Below, piece by piece: positions 16,946 through 24,704 of a stretch of DNA of 40,419 nt. The stretch is taken from IMG/VR virus record IMGVR_UViG_3300037423_000800, positions 1-40,419 of that record; one strand, written 5' to 3'. Made by a program: the position numbers and the translations under genes. This DNA is from a virus (lineage: Duplodnaviria; Caudoviricetes). Numbering within the stretch: the stretch's first letter is position 1; every line of letters starts with the position of its first letter. The notes below the pieces were generated by a model, which had not been told where the DNA came from, did no database searches, and saw only the letters and a program-made list of their open reading frames with translations.

Positions 16946-17071
16946 CTACGCAGCCCTCCTGATAATCGGCCTCAACTCCATAAACTCTCTGTGACCCGTC
17001 TTTTTAGGGGGTATCCAGACCTTGTGGGATATGTGGGTGGAGATGTTTAACCACTGGCGATGACCCTTCAT
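16946..17071 (-). CDS. 41-aa basic hypothetical protein (not in ORF track)
   Basis: MKGHRQWLNISTHISHKVWIPPKKTGHREFMELRPIIRRAA; ATGA overlap; fills gap. Confidence 0.45.
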   Translation of the reverse strand: MKGHRQWLNISTHISHKVWIPPKKTGHREFMELRPIIRRAA

Positions 17072-17157
17072 TGGGCGTCTCCCTTCGGGACCGCGTGCTC
17101 GCCTTCGGCTGAACCAATCTTCGTTGTTTCAGCGGTTCCCGCTTCGCCCGCTGACGC
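17068..17157. repeat. Multi-hairpin element A
   Basis: Outer GCGTC/GACGC stem; several C-TTCG-G (C-GAA-G on the other strand) hairpins; shares TCATTGGGCGTC and CTGACGC ends with 22702-22794. Confidence 0.7.
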
Positions 17158-17295
17158 AGCCAGATCATCGAGCAGGTTGAATATTCGCTCTGCCTCCTCT
17201 CGATATTCAAACGACAACTCCACAACATGACGATCGCTTTCGGAATATAGCAGCATCCCCGCTCCGCGCAGATCGTCCCAGTGCTTGTCTGCCAT
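17068..17295 (-). CDS. Hypothetical protein (FE.REEAE family; paralog at 28289)
   Basis: RBS AGGAGG; C-terminus encoded by structured element A. Confidence 0.65.
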   Translation of the reverse strand: MADKHWDDLRGAGMLLYSESDRHVVELSFEYREEAERIFNLLDDLAASAGEAGTAETTKIGSAEGEHAVPKGDAQ

Positions 17296-17519
17296 TACGC
17301 TGCCTCCTGCGGTACCAGCCGCTTGAACTCTCGTGACAGCGGGCTGTCCATGATGAGTGTTTGCCGCGTGCGGTCATCTTCATTCTCGCCAACGATAACC
17401 ACGGGATCGAGGATTACGGTGGGGCGGTCGATAAAGCCGACGATGCGCCACAGGCCTCCGCGCTCATCCTGAACCAGCTTGCCCGCTGCCTCATGCCATT
17501 CGCTCTCGGGGATATTCAC
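17295..17519 (-). CDS. Hypothetical protein
   Basis: 74 aa, overlapping start/stop with neighbours. Confidence 0.6.
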   Translation of the reverse strand: MNIPESEWHEAAGKLVQDERGGLWRIVGFIDRPTVILDPVVIVGENEDDRTRQTLIMDSPLSREFKRLVPQEAA

Positions 17520-17905
17520 GCTGCTTTCCTTTCATCGGTCCAGCGAACTCCGTGTCTCGCCCCGTATTCGTAGAGAAGTTCGAGCAACCCGCTGAACTGG
17601 CCCTTGGTGAGCGTTGAGGATCGCAGCCCGACCGGGAATGCTCCCTCGCCCTCAAGGCACGGCAGGAACCGCATTTCGACGCCCAGCGCGTTCAAGAAGC
17701 GCAGTTTAATGTCGTCGGTCGAATAGGTGCTCATCGCGGGAACCTGCTCGCGCAAATCTTCGAGCATTGGCCAGAGCTTGGCGTTCTGCTCCAGGCTCCG
17801 CGTCGGTGCGCTGATGGACATAACGTCGCCCTCGCGCGCTTCGTCTATCAGGCGCTTGGCATAGTCGCGCTGGTAGCGTCCGGAGAGATATACGGCGCGT
17901 CTCAT
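17516..17905 (-). CDS. ninB: NinB/Orf-family recombination protein
   Basis: RSLEQNAKLWPML, SSTLTKGQFS.LLE....GA.HGVRW motifs. Confidence 0.85.
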   Translation of the reverse strand: MRRAVYLSGRYQRDYAKRLIDEAREGDVMSISAPTRSLEQNAKLWPMLEDLREQVPAMSTYSTDDIKLRFLNALGVEMRFLPCLEGEGAFPVGLRSSTLTKGQFSGLLELLYEYGARHGVRWTDERKAA

Positions 17906-18279
17906 TGCTCTAGCTTTCGCTCCCACGCCCACCTTCCGGGCCATGCTTTCCAGAAGGCGCTCGCAGCCACGCAAGCGAAGCCGCTGATGCCTAGATACTT
18001 TGCCTCGAACGTTCCCCAGCCCTTATCGTGCTGAAGCCTATGGTGGAGCGAGCACAGCGGGATAGCGTGACGGTCGGCAACCTTGGTTCCGATGCCCTTG
18101 CCGCCAGCGTAATCGACATGCGCGGCCTCTATCTTGCCCTCGCATTCCGCAGGGTGGCCGACGCTGCCATGTGTTGCCACGAGGCAGTCGCGCCCACGCA
18201 GCCACTGTAGGAAGCCGGGGGCCGACTTCTCTACAGGGCGCGGGGAATTGCGCTTACGAGGGCGGGCGTCGATCCGCAT
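17902..18279 (-). CDS. DUF968-like / HNH-related Zn-binding protein
   Basis: LQWLR...C.V...EAAHV...G.G.K..D..AIPLC..HH..QH. Confidence 0.75.
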   Translation of the reverse strand: MRIDARPRKRNSPRPVEKSAPGFLQWLRGRDCLVATHGSVGHPAECEGKIEAAHVDYAGGKGIGTKVADRHAIPLCSLHHRLQHDKGWGTFEAKYLGISGFACVAASAFWKAWPGRWAWERKLEQ

Positions 18280-18524
18280 CAGTCCCAACCAGGAATTTCG
18301 TCATCCAGATCGGCGGTCTGTCGCTGCTGCTGCTGCGGTCGCGCGTTGTTCTCACGCGGCTCAAACAGGTTTGCGACTACGCGGCCCTCACCGTCAGGAA
18401 TGGGAAGCGCGTCAAAGACGAGCTGTGTCTTGCCGTCATTCTCCCATGCCGTGCCGATCTTGACCCAATAGGTGCCGCCGTCCTTCTTCTTGCGGGGCGT
18501 GCAGATGTCTTTGCGAGTGCTCAT
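18279..18524 (-). CDS. Small ssDNA-binding-like protein
   Basis: W.KIG.AW motif, Q-rich linker, acidic DLDDEIPGWD tail; follows the annealase. Confidence 0.6.
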   Translation of the reverse strand: MSTRKDICTPRKKKDGGTYWVKIGTAWENDGKTQLVFDALPIPDGEGRVVANLFEPRENNARPQQQQRQTADLDDEIPGWD

Positions 18525-18537
18525 TCATTCTCTCCTT

Positions 18538-19308
18538 TTAACCAGCGTGAAGCACGTTTCCGCGCCAATCCATTCCGTTTGCGGCGACTCCGCTGAAGTC
18601 GTTCCGCAGCTTCTCAATGACGGCCTCAAGGCCCTCGAAGCGCTCACCGCTTCCCTCGCGCACGCCGCCAGTCCACCAGCTCGGCAACGCTGCCTTAAGC
18701 TGTTCCTGGAGCGGTATGGTGTCCGCGAGTATCTTGTTCAGCTCTGCTGCATCGGCGCAGTTCATAATGTCGGCCCAAAGCTCTTTCGCCTTGTCCTTCA
18801 GGTCCGTCTTGTTCTTTGCGGGTCCGAGCGGGAACGGGGCGTCACGTTCCTTCACGACGGGCATGTTCGTGTATTTCCACGGATCGTCCGTGAACTTCTT
18901 GAACTTGCCTTGCGCGTTGAGTTCGCATGGAACCCAAATGTTGCCGAGCGAGTAAAGATAGCGGGCAATGCCCCACTTGACGGCGGCGCGCTTGAGGGCG
19001 TCGGACACAGCGCCTTTGTCGCCTTCAACGTCAGTGTTTCCAGCGCCGTCGCATTTGTTCACCCAATAGCCGCCGATGTTGATTGACAGCGTACAGAGCA
19101 CGCGTCCCTTGGCGGTTTCCTCGTAGCGATCCTGCCAGTTCTCTGGGCCGCAGATTGTGTCGAGACGGTCCATAACGTCACGCGCGTCGATGTAGGCCAG
19201 CGCAAGCGCCTTGCCGTGCGCGACAGTTTGCGCCCGCCAGTGGACCTGCTTCGGATCGAACGGCTCGGACAGTGCCGCGATCTTCTCCGGTGACACGCCC
19301 TCGGTCAT
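18538..19308 (-). CDS. Rad52/Rad22-family (Sak-like) single-strand annealing protein
   Basis: L.EPF....HWR, LAYIDARDVMDRLD...GPENWQ, KGAVSDALKRAAVKWGIARYLY. Confidence 0.9.
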   Translation of the reverse strand: MTEGVSPEKIAALSEPFDPKQVHWRAQTVAHGKALALAYIDARDVMDRLDTICGPENWQDRYEETAKGRVLCTLSINIGGYWVNKCDGAGNTDVEGDKGAVSDALKRAAVKWGIARYLYSLGNIWVPCELNAQGKFKKFTDDPWKYTNMPVVKERDAPFPLGPAKNKTDLKDKAKELWADIMNCADAAELNKILADTIPLQEQLKAALPSWWTGGVREGSGERFEGLEAVIEKLRNDFSGVAANGMDWRGNVLHAG

Positions 19309-19496
19309 GCCGCCCTCTGCTCGAATGCGGCGGCCAGCGCTTTGATGGTGCGCCTGTCGTCTATGGTGAGCGGGAAGCCACGCTCGACGTTCTCCGCACT
19401 CTGAAGCCATACTTCGGCACGATAGAACGCAGCCAAAGCCGGTCGCCATTCCTCGGCGTCAATCGCCCTATCGTATTCGAGATTGCGATTGTTCAC
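19305..19496 (-). CDS. Hypothetical protein
   Basis: 63 aa, 4-nt overlaps at both ends. Confidence 0.55.
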   Translation of the reverse strand: MNNRNLEYDRAIDAEEWRPALAAFYRAEVWLQSAENVERGFPLTIDDRRTIKALAAAFEQRAA

Positions 19497-19645
19497 TTGT
19501 TCACCGGGAGCGGCTTATTAGGCACGCTCCCGTCCCTGGTGGATGCTTCACGAAACTTGTTCATTGCGGTATCGTATGCGGTGAAATCGCTGGTCCTGAT
19601 CGCGGAGAGCAGACCTGCTGCCATGTCGTCCCAGGCGTCACTCAT
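19493..19645 (-). CDS. Hypothetical protein (start 19645 or 19729)
   Basis: MSDAWDDMAAG...; the longer start would read through element C. Confidence 0.45.
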   Translation of the reverse strand: MSDAWDDMAAGLLSAIRTSDFTAYDTAMNKFREASTRDGSVPNKPLPVNK

Positions 19646-19720
19646 AGCCCCGATTGAAGCGGGAACCGGCGAGACGCGAAGCGGCTCGATCACGAAGGGA
19701 CGAAAGCGGGAAATGGCTCC
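19646..19720. repeat. Multi-hairpin element C (inverted relative to A and B)
   Basis: GAAGCGGGAACCG identical to the reverse complement in element A; GAG-ACGC-GAA-GCG-GCTC hairpin. Confidence 0.55.
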
Positions 19721-19725
19721 ATAAT

Positions 19726-20061
19726 TCATAGCTTTACCCCACTGACTGAGTTGCTGAGAGCGGTGCGACCTCCAAGCGCTTCGATGCAGCGTTCGTTCTG
19801 TGGCCCGATTAGCTTCAGCAGGTCGTCGATGCTTTCGTGGCCTATGTCTTCGGCGGCCAAGTCAATCGCCGAGCACAGCCTGTCCACGAGAAGCGTTTGC
19901 TCGCGAAACAGCTCATCCACTGAGGCTTCGCTATGCCCTTTGGGTGAGAGGGATTCGATTGCCTCGTTGATCGTTGTCGCGTGTTCCTCAAGTCCGGTTG
20001 CGGCAAACGACATGCCGATCATTCCGAGCCGGTGAAGCAGATCACGCTTCTCGTCACTCAT
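19726..20061 (-). CDS. Hypothetical protein
   Basis: ATG 20061 region with AGGA; overlaps upstream gene stop. Confidence 0.6.
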   Translation of the reverse strand: MSDEKRDLLHRLGMIGMSFAATGLEEHATTINEAIESLSPKGHSEASVDELFREQTLLVDRLCSAIDLAAEDIGHESIDDLLKLIGPQNERCIEALGGRTALSNSVSGVKL

Positions 20062-20602
20062 GGTCCTGTCCTTTGGGTGATGCGGTGAGTGCGGCATCGA
20101 TCTTGGCGAGCAATTCTGCGGCCCAATGCTGACGAACGCGGCGGCCTCTAACGCCCGCATAGCCGTATATTCCGACAGCCTCGCGCGCTTCCTTGAGCGC
20201 TTCCCTCAGCGCATTCTGTTCTGAGCTACTAGGGTTGGGCGATGCGGCTTCGCGGTCGAAATGATCCTGTATCGCGATCAGCAGCTCATCAACGCCATCG
20301 CCCTCCACGTCGAAGTAGCGCTTCCGCTCGACACGAAGCTGCTTGATGCGGTCGTTCAGTACGACACGTTCGGCGCCCTGTAGCTGTTCTGAGGCTTCGG
20401 GAGTGGGGATAGATGCGCCGACTTGCTTTGCGCCAACCGGTCCCATCAATTCCGCGTAATGATCGGCGCACACATACGCCGTCAGACTGTGGCGCGCCGG
20501 AGCCGGATCGTCGAACGGGATTTCCTCGCCAACCTTCTTCGCGGCTGGCTTGCCGCAATGGCAGCGCTCGCCTTCGCAAGTCGCGCTCACAAAGGGCTCC
20601 AT
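20054..20602 (-). CDS. Hypothetical multi-module early protein with Zn-binding N-terminus
   Basis: C.C...H.....C..H; ALREAL..A....IDAAL tail typical of phage early mosaic genes. Confidence 0.6.
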   Translation of the reverse strand: MEPFVSATCEGERCHCGKPAAKKVGEEIPFDDPAPARHSLTAYVCADHYAELMGPVGAKQVGASIPTPEASEQLQGAERVVLNDRIKQLRVERKRYFDVEGDGVDELLIAIQDHFDREAASPNPSSSEQNALREALKEAREAVGIYGYAGVRGRRVRQHWAAELLAKIDAALTASPKGQDHE

Positions 20603-20817
20603 CAGTCCTCCCCCCAATAGCTCATGTCGGCGTCGGCACATTCCTCCGGCCCCTCTTCGCGTTGTGATTTGTCGTCGTAGTAGGTCGGCGCTGCCTGATC
20701 GGCGTAGTCCGCGATGCTGCTGCCATCGTCGAATGTCTCGCCCGCACGCTCGATCATCCGCGCCTTGAAGCGGCGGCAAAACTCGTCGCGTTCGACCAGC
20801 TTCTCAGAGGGGGTCAT
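20602..20817 (-). CDS. Hypothetical acidic protein
   Basis: MTPSEKLV...GPEECADADMSYW; coupled starts/stops. Confidence 0.6.
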   Translation of the reverse strand: MTPSEKLVERDEFCRRFKARMIERAGETFDDGSSIADYADQAAPTYYDDKSQREEGPEECADADMSYWGED

Positions 20818-20912
20818 TGATATAACTTTCTCACGAGAGCGCAGAGGTAGATCAGGCCACCAATTCCGCCGACGAACGAAACGATTGCGATGATGTTGGG
20901 CATGGGGGTCAT
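20814..20912 (-). CDS. 32-aa single-TM microprotein (not in ORF track)
   Basis: MTPMPNIIAIVSFVGGIGGLIYLCALVRKLYQ; ATGA overlaps at both ends. Confidence 0.6.
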   Translation of the reverse strand: MTPMPNIIAIVSFVGGIGGLIYLCALVRKLYQ

Positions 20913-21100
20913 TCAGATTGCTCCGTCTTGGCGAGCGCAGCCTCAAATCGGCTCAGCCAATCGTCGAGAAAGCGCTGATGTTGCTCTAGCGCGGACGCGA
21001 CGTTGCTCGCCGCACCTTGCATCTGCTCAGCCGCTCTGGACATGGTTGACGAGGCGCTGCGAACGTCCTCAGAACCCATTAGATAGATGCTCTCCATCAT
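20909..21100 (-). CDS. Small coiled-coil protein
   Basis: IYLMGSEDVRSA...M..AA..M..AA; RBS GGAG. Confidence 0.6.
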   Translation of the reverse strand: MMESIYLMGSEDVRSASSTMSRAAEQMQGAASNVASALEQHQRFLDDWLSRFEAALAKTEQSE

Positions 21101-21426
21101 CGCTTCTCCGGTGTCTGTGTGGTGGCGCGGGCGCGTAATGCGGCGGCGCAAAGAGCGATGGCGGGAGTTGCGGCTTCCGTGCCGAACATCGGGCCGGGAT
21201 TGCCTAGATAGACTTCCGCAACGCCGCTGCCATACGGACACCAGTTGACAGTTGCAGCTTTCGCGCCCTCCGGCACCAGCGTCATTGCTGCGTCGAGTGA
21301 GGCGGTGTAGGCCAGCCCTGGCGCGCATCCGACAGCTTCAGCGATTGCCCAATCCGTTGCGTCGTCAGCTCCGGTCGCCTTTTCCAGCCGCTCTGCAAGC
21401 TCCAGCAGTTCAGTCTCTGTGGTCAT
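21097..21426 (-). CDS. Phage early protein (YTASLDAA family)
   Basis: LAERLEKATG.D, YTASLDAAMTLVPEG, ATPAIALCAAALRA. Confidence 0.65.
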   Translation of the reverse strand: MTTETELLELAERLEKATGADDATDWAIAEAVGCAPGLAYTASLDAAMTLVPEGAKAATVNWCPYGSGVAEVYLGNPGPMFGTEAATPAIALCAAALRARATTQTPEKR

Positions 21427-22484
21427 GCTGCTTCTCGCTGAATTTGAAGCGCTTCCACGGCGGCAATCCGCTCACCGATCCAGCACATGACGGGGACCGC
21501 CATCGAATTGCCGAGCGCCTTATATCGAGGGCCATCGGCGGCGAGCTTCCCGCGATACGGAACGAGCGTGTAATCGTCGGGGAAGCCCTGGAGGCGTTCG
21601 CACTCGCGGGGAGTTAAACGGCGAACGGCGGATCCGGCGAGCGCAGCCGCATATCCTTGCCCCGGCTTCCCTCCGCCCCGAGCTAGCGCGTCGGTCTGCT
21701 CCGATGTCCTAAGTTCCGCACGTTGGTTTTCCATGAATGCGACGGCATCGCTAAGCCGGTTCTGATCGGCACATAATGTGTGCCAAGTCTCGGTTGAGGT
21801 TGCTTCGGACATGGCTTGCCCGACGATCTCGGGAATGAATGCGCCGTTATTGTCTAAGTCTGTGGTTCTGAAGCCACCGCTTTGAGAGCTTCCGCCAAGG
21901 GTGCCGGCAACGCTTTCCCGCGCTTCTCTGCGCGGCGCAGGATGCCCCGACAGGCTATGGCGCTCAAATAGAACCGCTGCGGCACGTCGCCAGTCTCCAA
22001 GATGTCCGACAACGAACACGCGACGGCGCCTTTGGGGTACTCCAAAGTGCTGAGCGTCCAAGACTCGGTAGGCGAGGCCATACCCGAGTTCGACCATGCC
22101 CCCGAGAATGGAACCAAAGTCCCGTCCTCTGTTCGAAGACAGGACACCGGGGACGTTCTCCCACACCAGCCAGGCGGGCCGTTTGCGATCAGCCAACCTG
22201 AGAAATTGGAGTGCCAGGTTCCCACGAACATCGTCCAGTCCGCCTCGCAGTCCGGCGACTGAGAAGGACTGGCAGGGGGTTCCTCCGACAAGAAGGTCAA
22301 TTGGGCCATACTCACCGGCTCCGATCGTGGTAAAGTCGCCGTGGCACGGCACATCGGGATAATGGTGAGCCAGGACAGCGCGAGGGAACGCCTCGATCTC
22401 GCTGAATGCGGCCGGCGACCATCCGAGCGGATGCCAAGCCACCGTCGCGGCTTCAATGCCCGAGCAGACGGAGAGATACCTCAC
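21423..22484 (-). CDS. C5-cytosine DNA methyltransferase (orphan)
   Basis: Motif I variant CSGIEA, IV GGTPCQSFS, VI WENV, VIII QRRRRVF, IX RRLTPRECERLQGFPD, X YKALGNS. Confidence 0.93.
   Translation of the reverse strand: MRYLSVCSGIEAATVAWHPLGWSPAAFSEIEAFPRAVLAHHYPDVPCHGDFTTIGAGEYGPIDLLVGGTPCQSFSVAGLRGGLDDVRGNLALQFLRLADRKRPAWLVWENVPGVLSSNRGRDFGSILGGMVELGYGLAYRVLDAQHFGVPQRRRRVFVVGHLGDWRRAAAVLFERHSLSGHPAPRREARESVAGTLGGSSQSGGFRTTDLDNNGAFIPEIVGQAMSEATSTETWHTLCADQNRLSDAVAFMENQRAELRTSEQTDALARGGGKPGQGYAAALAGSAVRRLTPRECERLQGFPDDYTLVPYRGKLAADGPRYKALGNSMAVPVMCWIGERIAAVEALQIQREAA
21854..22309 (-). CDS. Out-of-frame ORF nested in the MTase (M.EcoHK31I beta-like)
   Basis: 151 codons open; GGTGAG before ATG; SLSDILE...P.RFYLS..AC.GILRRAEKRGK.LP motif. 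Confidence 0.6.
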   Translation of the reverse strand: MAQLTFLSEEPPASPSQSPDCEADWTMFVGTWHSNFSGWLIANGPPGWCGRTSPVSCLRTEDGTLVPFSGAWSNSGMASPTESWTLSTLEYPKGAVACSLSDILETGDVPQRFYLSAIACRGILRRAEKRGKALPAPLAEALKAVASEPQT

Positions 22485-22705
22485 GCCGCTTTCCTTGGGT
22501 GAAGCCCAACATGCACCGACACCTCGTTGCACCTCTTGCAAAAGCCGGTATCGTCAACCTCGTTGTCACAATATGGACAGAGGACTTCGCATTCCCCTTC
22601 ACCGTTGCAGGCATGACAAGGTACTTCTGTGAACGGGCAATATGAGTTGCGGTCCACATCGGTTAGGGTTCCCATGCCGCCGCATTCTGGACATTGGTCG
22701 ATCAT
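22481..22705 (-). CDS. Cys-rich Zn-finger protein
   Basis: CPECGG.G, CHACNG.G, CPYC, CKRC. Confidence 0.65.
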   Translation of the reverse strand: MIDQCPECGGMGTLTDVDRNSYCPFTEVPCHACNGEGECEVLCPYCDNEVDDTGFCKRCNEVSVHVGLHPRKAA

Positions 22706-22794
22706 TGGGCGTCCCCGCTTTCAGCGGTCGGGCTCTCGTGCTCCGTATCAGGCCACTCTTCGGTGTCCTGACCTTCGGCTCCGATCCCTGACGC
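22702..22794. repeat. Multi-hairpin element B
   Basis: Outer GCGTC/GACGC stem; CCGC-TTTCA-GCGG, TCAGG..CAC-TCTTCG-GTG..CCTGA and CCTTCGG hairpins. Confidence 0.7.
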
Positions 22795-22989
22795 GATCAG
22801 CGCGCGAAACGCTTCCCGCGCTAGCCTTCCGGGCTTCCCGTCAGGATACTGATCGTCGTCGTAATCCTCCGCCCAATCGTCAGCCATCGGACCGTTGCCG
22901 CACATGTAAACGCCGTGCCAATTCTCGGGCAGCGCGTAGAACTCGATTGCGGCCACGCATTGAGCGAGCAGCGCGTTAGGGACACTCAC
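22702..22989 (-). CDS. Hypothetical protein
   Basis: A.EFYA.PENW...G..AREA motif; C-terminus encoded by element B; start uncertain. Confidence 0.55.
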   Translation of the reverse strand: MSVPNALLAQCVAAIEFYALPENWHGVYMCGNGPMADDWAEDYDDDQYPDGKPGRLAREAFRALIASGIGAEGQDTEEWPDTEHESPTAESGDAQ

Positions 22990-23054
22990 CGTAGGCGGAG
23001 ACAACGGAGATTGGCTCCGTTCATGAGTGGCCCGACCCGAAGGGGAACGTCCAG

Positions 23055-23297
23055 TCACAGGACGCCACTCGCAACCAGCCACCCACACCCAACAACAACC
23101 GTTCCCGCAAGATACCAGCCAAGTGCCCTAGCCATTCTGATGAACCTGGAATCAGCGACCATCTTGGCGCGAAGGTATTCAATCGGACCGACCGGGATCG
23201 GCAGATACGCTTCGGGTGTCGTCCATTCCGCAAGCGGTCTGTAGATCGCTTCCAGATGACGCGGTTCGATATGCGGGCGAGCGCCGTGAATGGTCAT
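23055..23297 (-). CDS. Hypothetical protein with C-terminal TM helix
   Basis: RBS GGAGG; ATGA overlap; hydrophobic C-terminus. Confidence 0.55.
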   Translation of the reverse strand: MTIHGARPHIEPRHLEAIYRPLAEWTTPEAYLPIPVGPIEYLRAKMVADSRFIRMARALGWYLAGTVVVGCGWLVASGVL

Positions 23298-24010
23298 GCG
23301 ACCCTCCCGTAATCAGCGGGAAGCGCGGGAATGCTTTCAGGATCGGCAAACCCGAACATGGGAAGGAAGAAGAACGGCTTTCCACGCTCGCGCATGAGGC
23401 GAGCGCCTTGGATTTCGCTACAAGCGTAAGCGGCGTCCCAAGCGGCGTCCCAAGCGGCGGCCCTAGCGGCGTCCCAAGCGGCGTCCCAAGCGGCGGCCCT
23501 AGCGGCGTCCCAAGCGGCGTCCCAAGCGGCGGCCCTAGCGGCGTCCCAAGCGGCGGCCGAAGCGGCGTCCCAAGCGGCGGCCGAAGCGGCGTCCCAAGCG
23601 GCGGCCGAAGCGGCGTCCACTTTCTTCCAGTCCTTTGCTTTCATCCCGTCGAGATGAAGCCAAAAGGCAAGGACGATTTGAGCCTGATCGCCAAGTATCT
23701 TCTCGGGATGCGTCAGGACAACCGAAGGAGCGCCGTCCGCCTTGTCATTTATGCTGCGTAAAAGGATCGAATGTGCTATGGAGATATTGAGCAGCTTGGC
23801 GGTTGCCTTGTCGGCTTTCTCCTGATCGGTGTCGCGCAGTTTCGCTGGCGACCATCCGCCGAGCAGGTGAAGCGCCTGACCTTGAGCACACATGCAACCG
23901 ATATTCGACTGGTCAGCCTCGAATGCCTTCCAGTCGATGAGCGAACCCTTGTAGGGCTTGCCGTCGCCGCTATCCCATCGCGCAATCAATTCTGCGAAGT
24001 CGGTCGCCAT
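23294..24010 (-). CDS. First gene of the leftward operon, AAWD(AAR) repeat protein
   Basis: RBS GGAG; CMCAQG N-domain; about 60 aa of AAWDAA(R/S)A repeats. Confidence 0.8.
   Translation of the reverse strand: MATDFAELIARWDSGDGKPYKGSLIDWKAFEADQSNIGCMCAQGQALHLLGGWSPAKLRDTDQEKADKATAKLLNISIAHSILLRSINDKADGAPSVVLTHPEKILGDQAQIVLAFWLHLDGMKAKDWKKVDAASAAAWDAASAAAWDAASAAAWDAARAAAWDAAWDAARAAAWDAAWDAARAAAWDAAWDAAYACSEIQGARLMRERGKPFFFLPMFGFADPESIPALPADYGRVA
23428..23618. repeat. Coding tandem repeat (12-nt AAGCGGCGTCCC units in 24/36-nt higher-order repeats)
   Basis: Near-perfect repeats read directly; all unit lengths are multiples of 3. Confidence 0.9.
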
Positions 24011-24044
24011 CTGCTCACTCCGATCTATTCGGTTAGTGAGCTAG

Positions 24045-24073
24045 GTTATGCCGTGTATTTTTCTACACGTCAA
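24045..24073 (-). promoter_or_regulatory. pL-like early promoter
   Basis: TTGACG-N17-CATAAC; spacer occupied by an operator. Confidence 0.75.
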
Positions 24074-24097
24074 GCAGGAAATGTACTTTTCTACATT
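24052..24097. promoter_or_regulatory. Two OL-like operators (TGTA-N6-TACA)
   Basis: CGTGTA-TTTTTC-TACACG (24052-24069) and AATGTA-CTTTTC-TACATT (24080-24097). Confidence 0.8.
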
Positions 24098-24103
24098 TTC
24101 CCT

Positions 24104-24424
24104 TTAGGCGCTGTCTTGCGCGGGGGAATCGCCCTTGTCGGCAAAGGTCTCAAGCACACGCAGCGCCTGTTCCTTGCGGCTGTCGGGAATGTGATCCCAG
24201 ATGTAGGAGATTTTCCCGTCGCCGTTTCCCCACCACAGCTCGCGGGCGCTAAGCTCTAACGCCGCTGCGATTTTTTCCAGGTTGTCGGTGGTCAGGGATT
24301 TGGTTGCGCCGGTCATGAACTTGTGCAGCGCGCTATCCGATAGACCGGCCTTCACGGACAGGCTCCGGATGGTCATGCCCTCGTGTTTGGCGATCTCGTC
24401 CCTGATACGCTGACGCAAATCCAT
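24104..24424 (-). CDS. cI: CI-like XRE repressor without S24 peptidase domain
   Basis: HTH (TIRSLSVKAGLSDSALHKFMTG...L.KIA.AL); divergent from cro; 106 aa. Confidence 0.82.
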   Translation of the reverse strand: MDLRQRIRDEIAKHEGMTIRSLSVKAGLSDSALHKFMTGATKSLTTDNLEKIAAALELSARELWWGNGDGKISYIWDHIPDSRKEQALRVLETFADKGDSPAQDSA

Positions 24425-24430
24425 AGCGCC

Positions 24431-24503
24431 ATTATCGCGTATTCTCCTACACGGCGGCGCGTGTAGAATAGTCCTTGACGGCTCGTGTAGAATAGTACAT
24501 TGT
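24431..24503. promoter_or_regulatory. OR region: three operators at 24-bp spacing plus divergent pRM-like and pR-like promoters
   Basis: GCGTA-N6-TACAC (24437), GTGTA-GAATAG-TCCTT (24461), GTGTA-GAATAG-TACAT (24485); TTGACG-N17-CATTGT on +; GATAAT on -. Confidence 0.75.
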
Positions 24504-24509
24504 GCCGCC

Positions 24510-24704
24510 ATGTCCGAGACTGCGGCGCTAGCAAAGCGCATCTACGCCCTCGCTATCAAGCTGAACCGGGAGCCGACGACGCTCTCCCGGAAGCTGCTGG
24601 GCAGCGGGACGCGTTTAGCCAAGCTGGAATCCGGCTCGACAATGACGCTGGATACCTACGCCCGCGTAGAGCGCGCCCTGACCAAGATGGAACAGGACGC
24701 CTAA
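24510..24704 (+). CDS. cro: Cro-like regulator
   Basis: 64 aa, TLSRKLLGSGTRL..LESG..MTL.T HTH-like; divergent from cI. Confidence 0.7.
   Translation: MSETAALAKRIYALAIKLNREPTTLSRKLLGSGTRLAKLESGSTMTLDTYARVERALTKMEQDA

Noticed and set aside
23428-23618. CRISPR array
   Set aside because: Contiguous tandem repeats without unique spacers; no cas genes
23216-23761. + strand GVPSGG-repeat ORF
   Set aside because: Antisense shadow of the AAWD-repeat gene, which has the RBS, promoter and operon context
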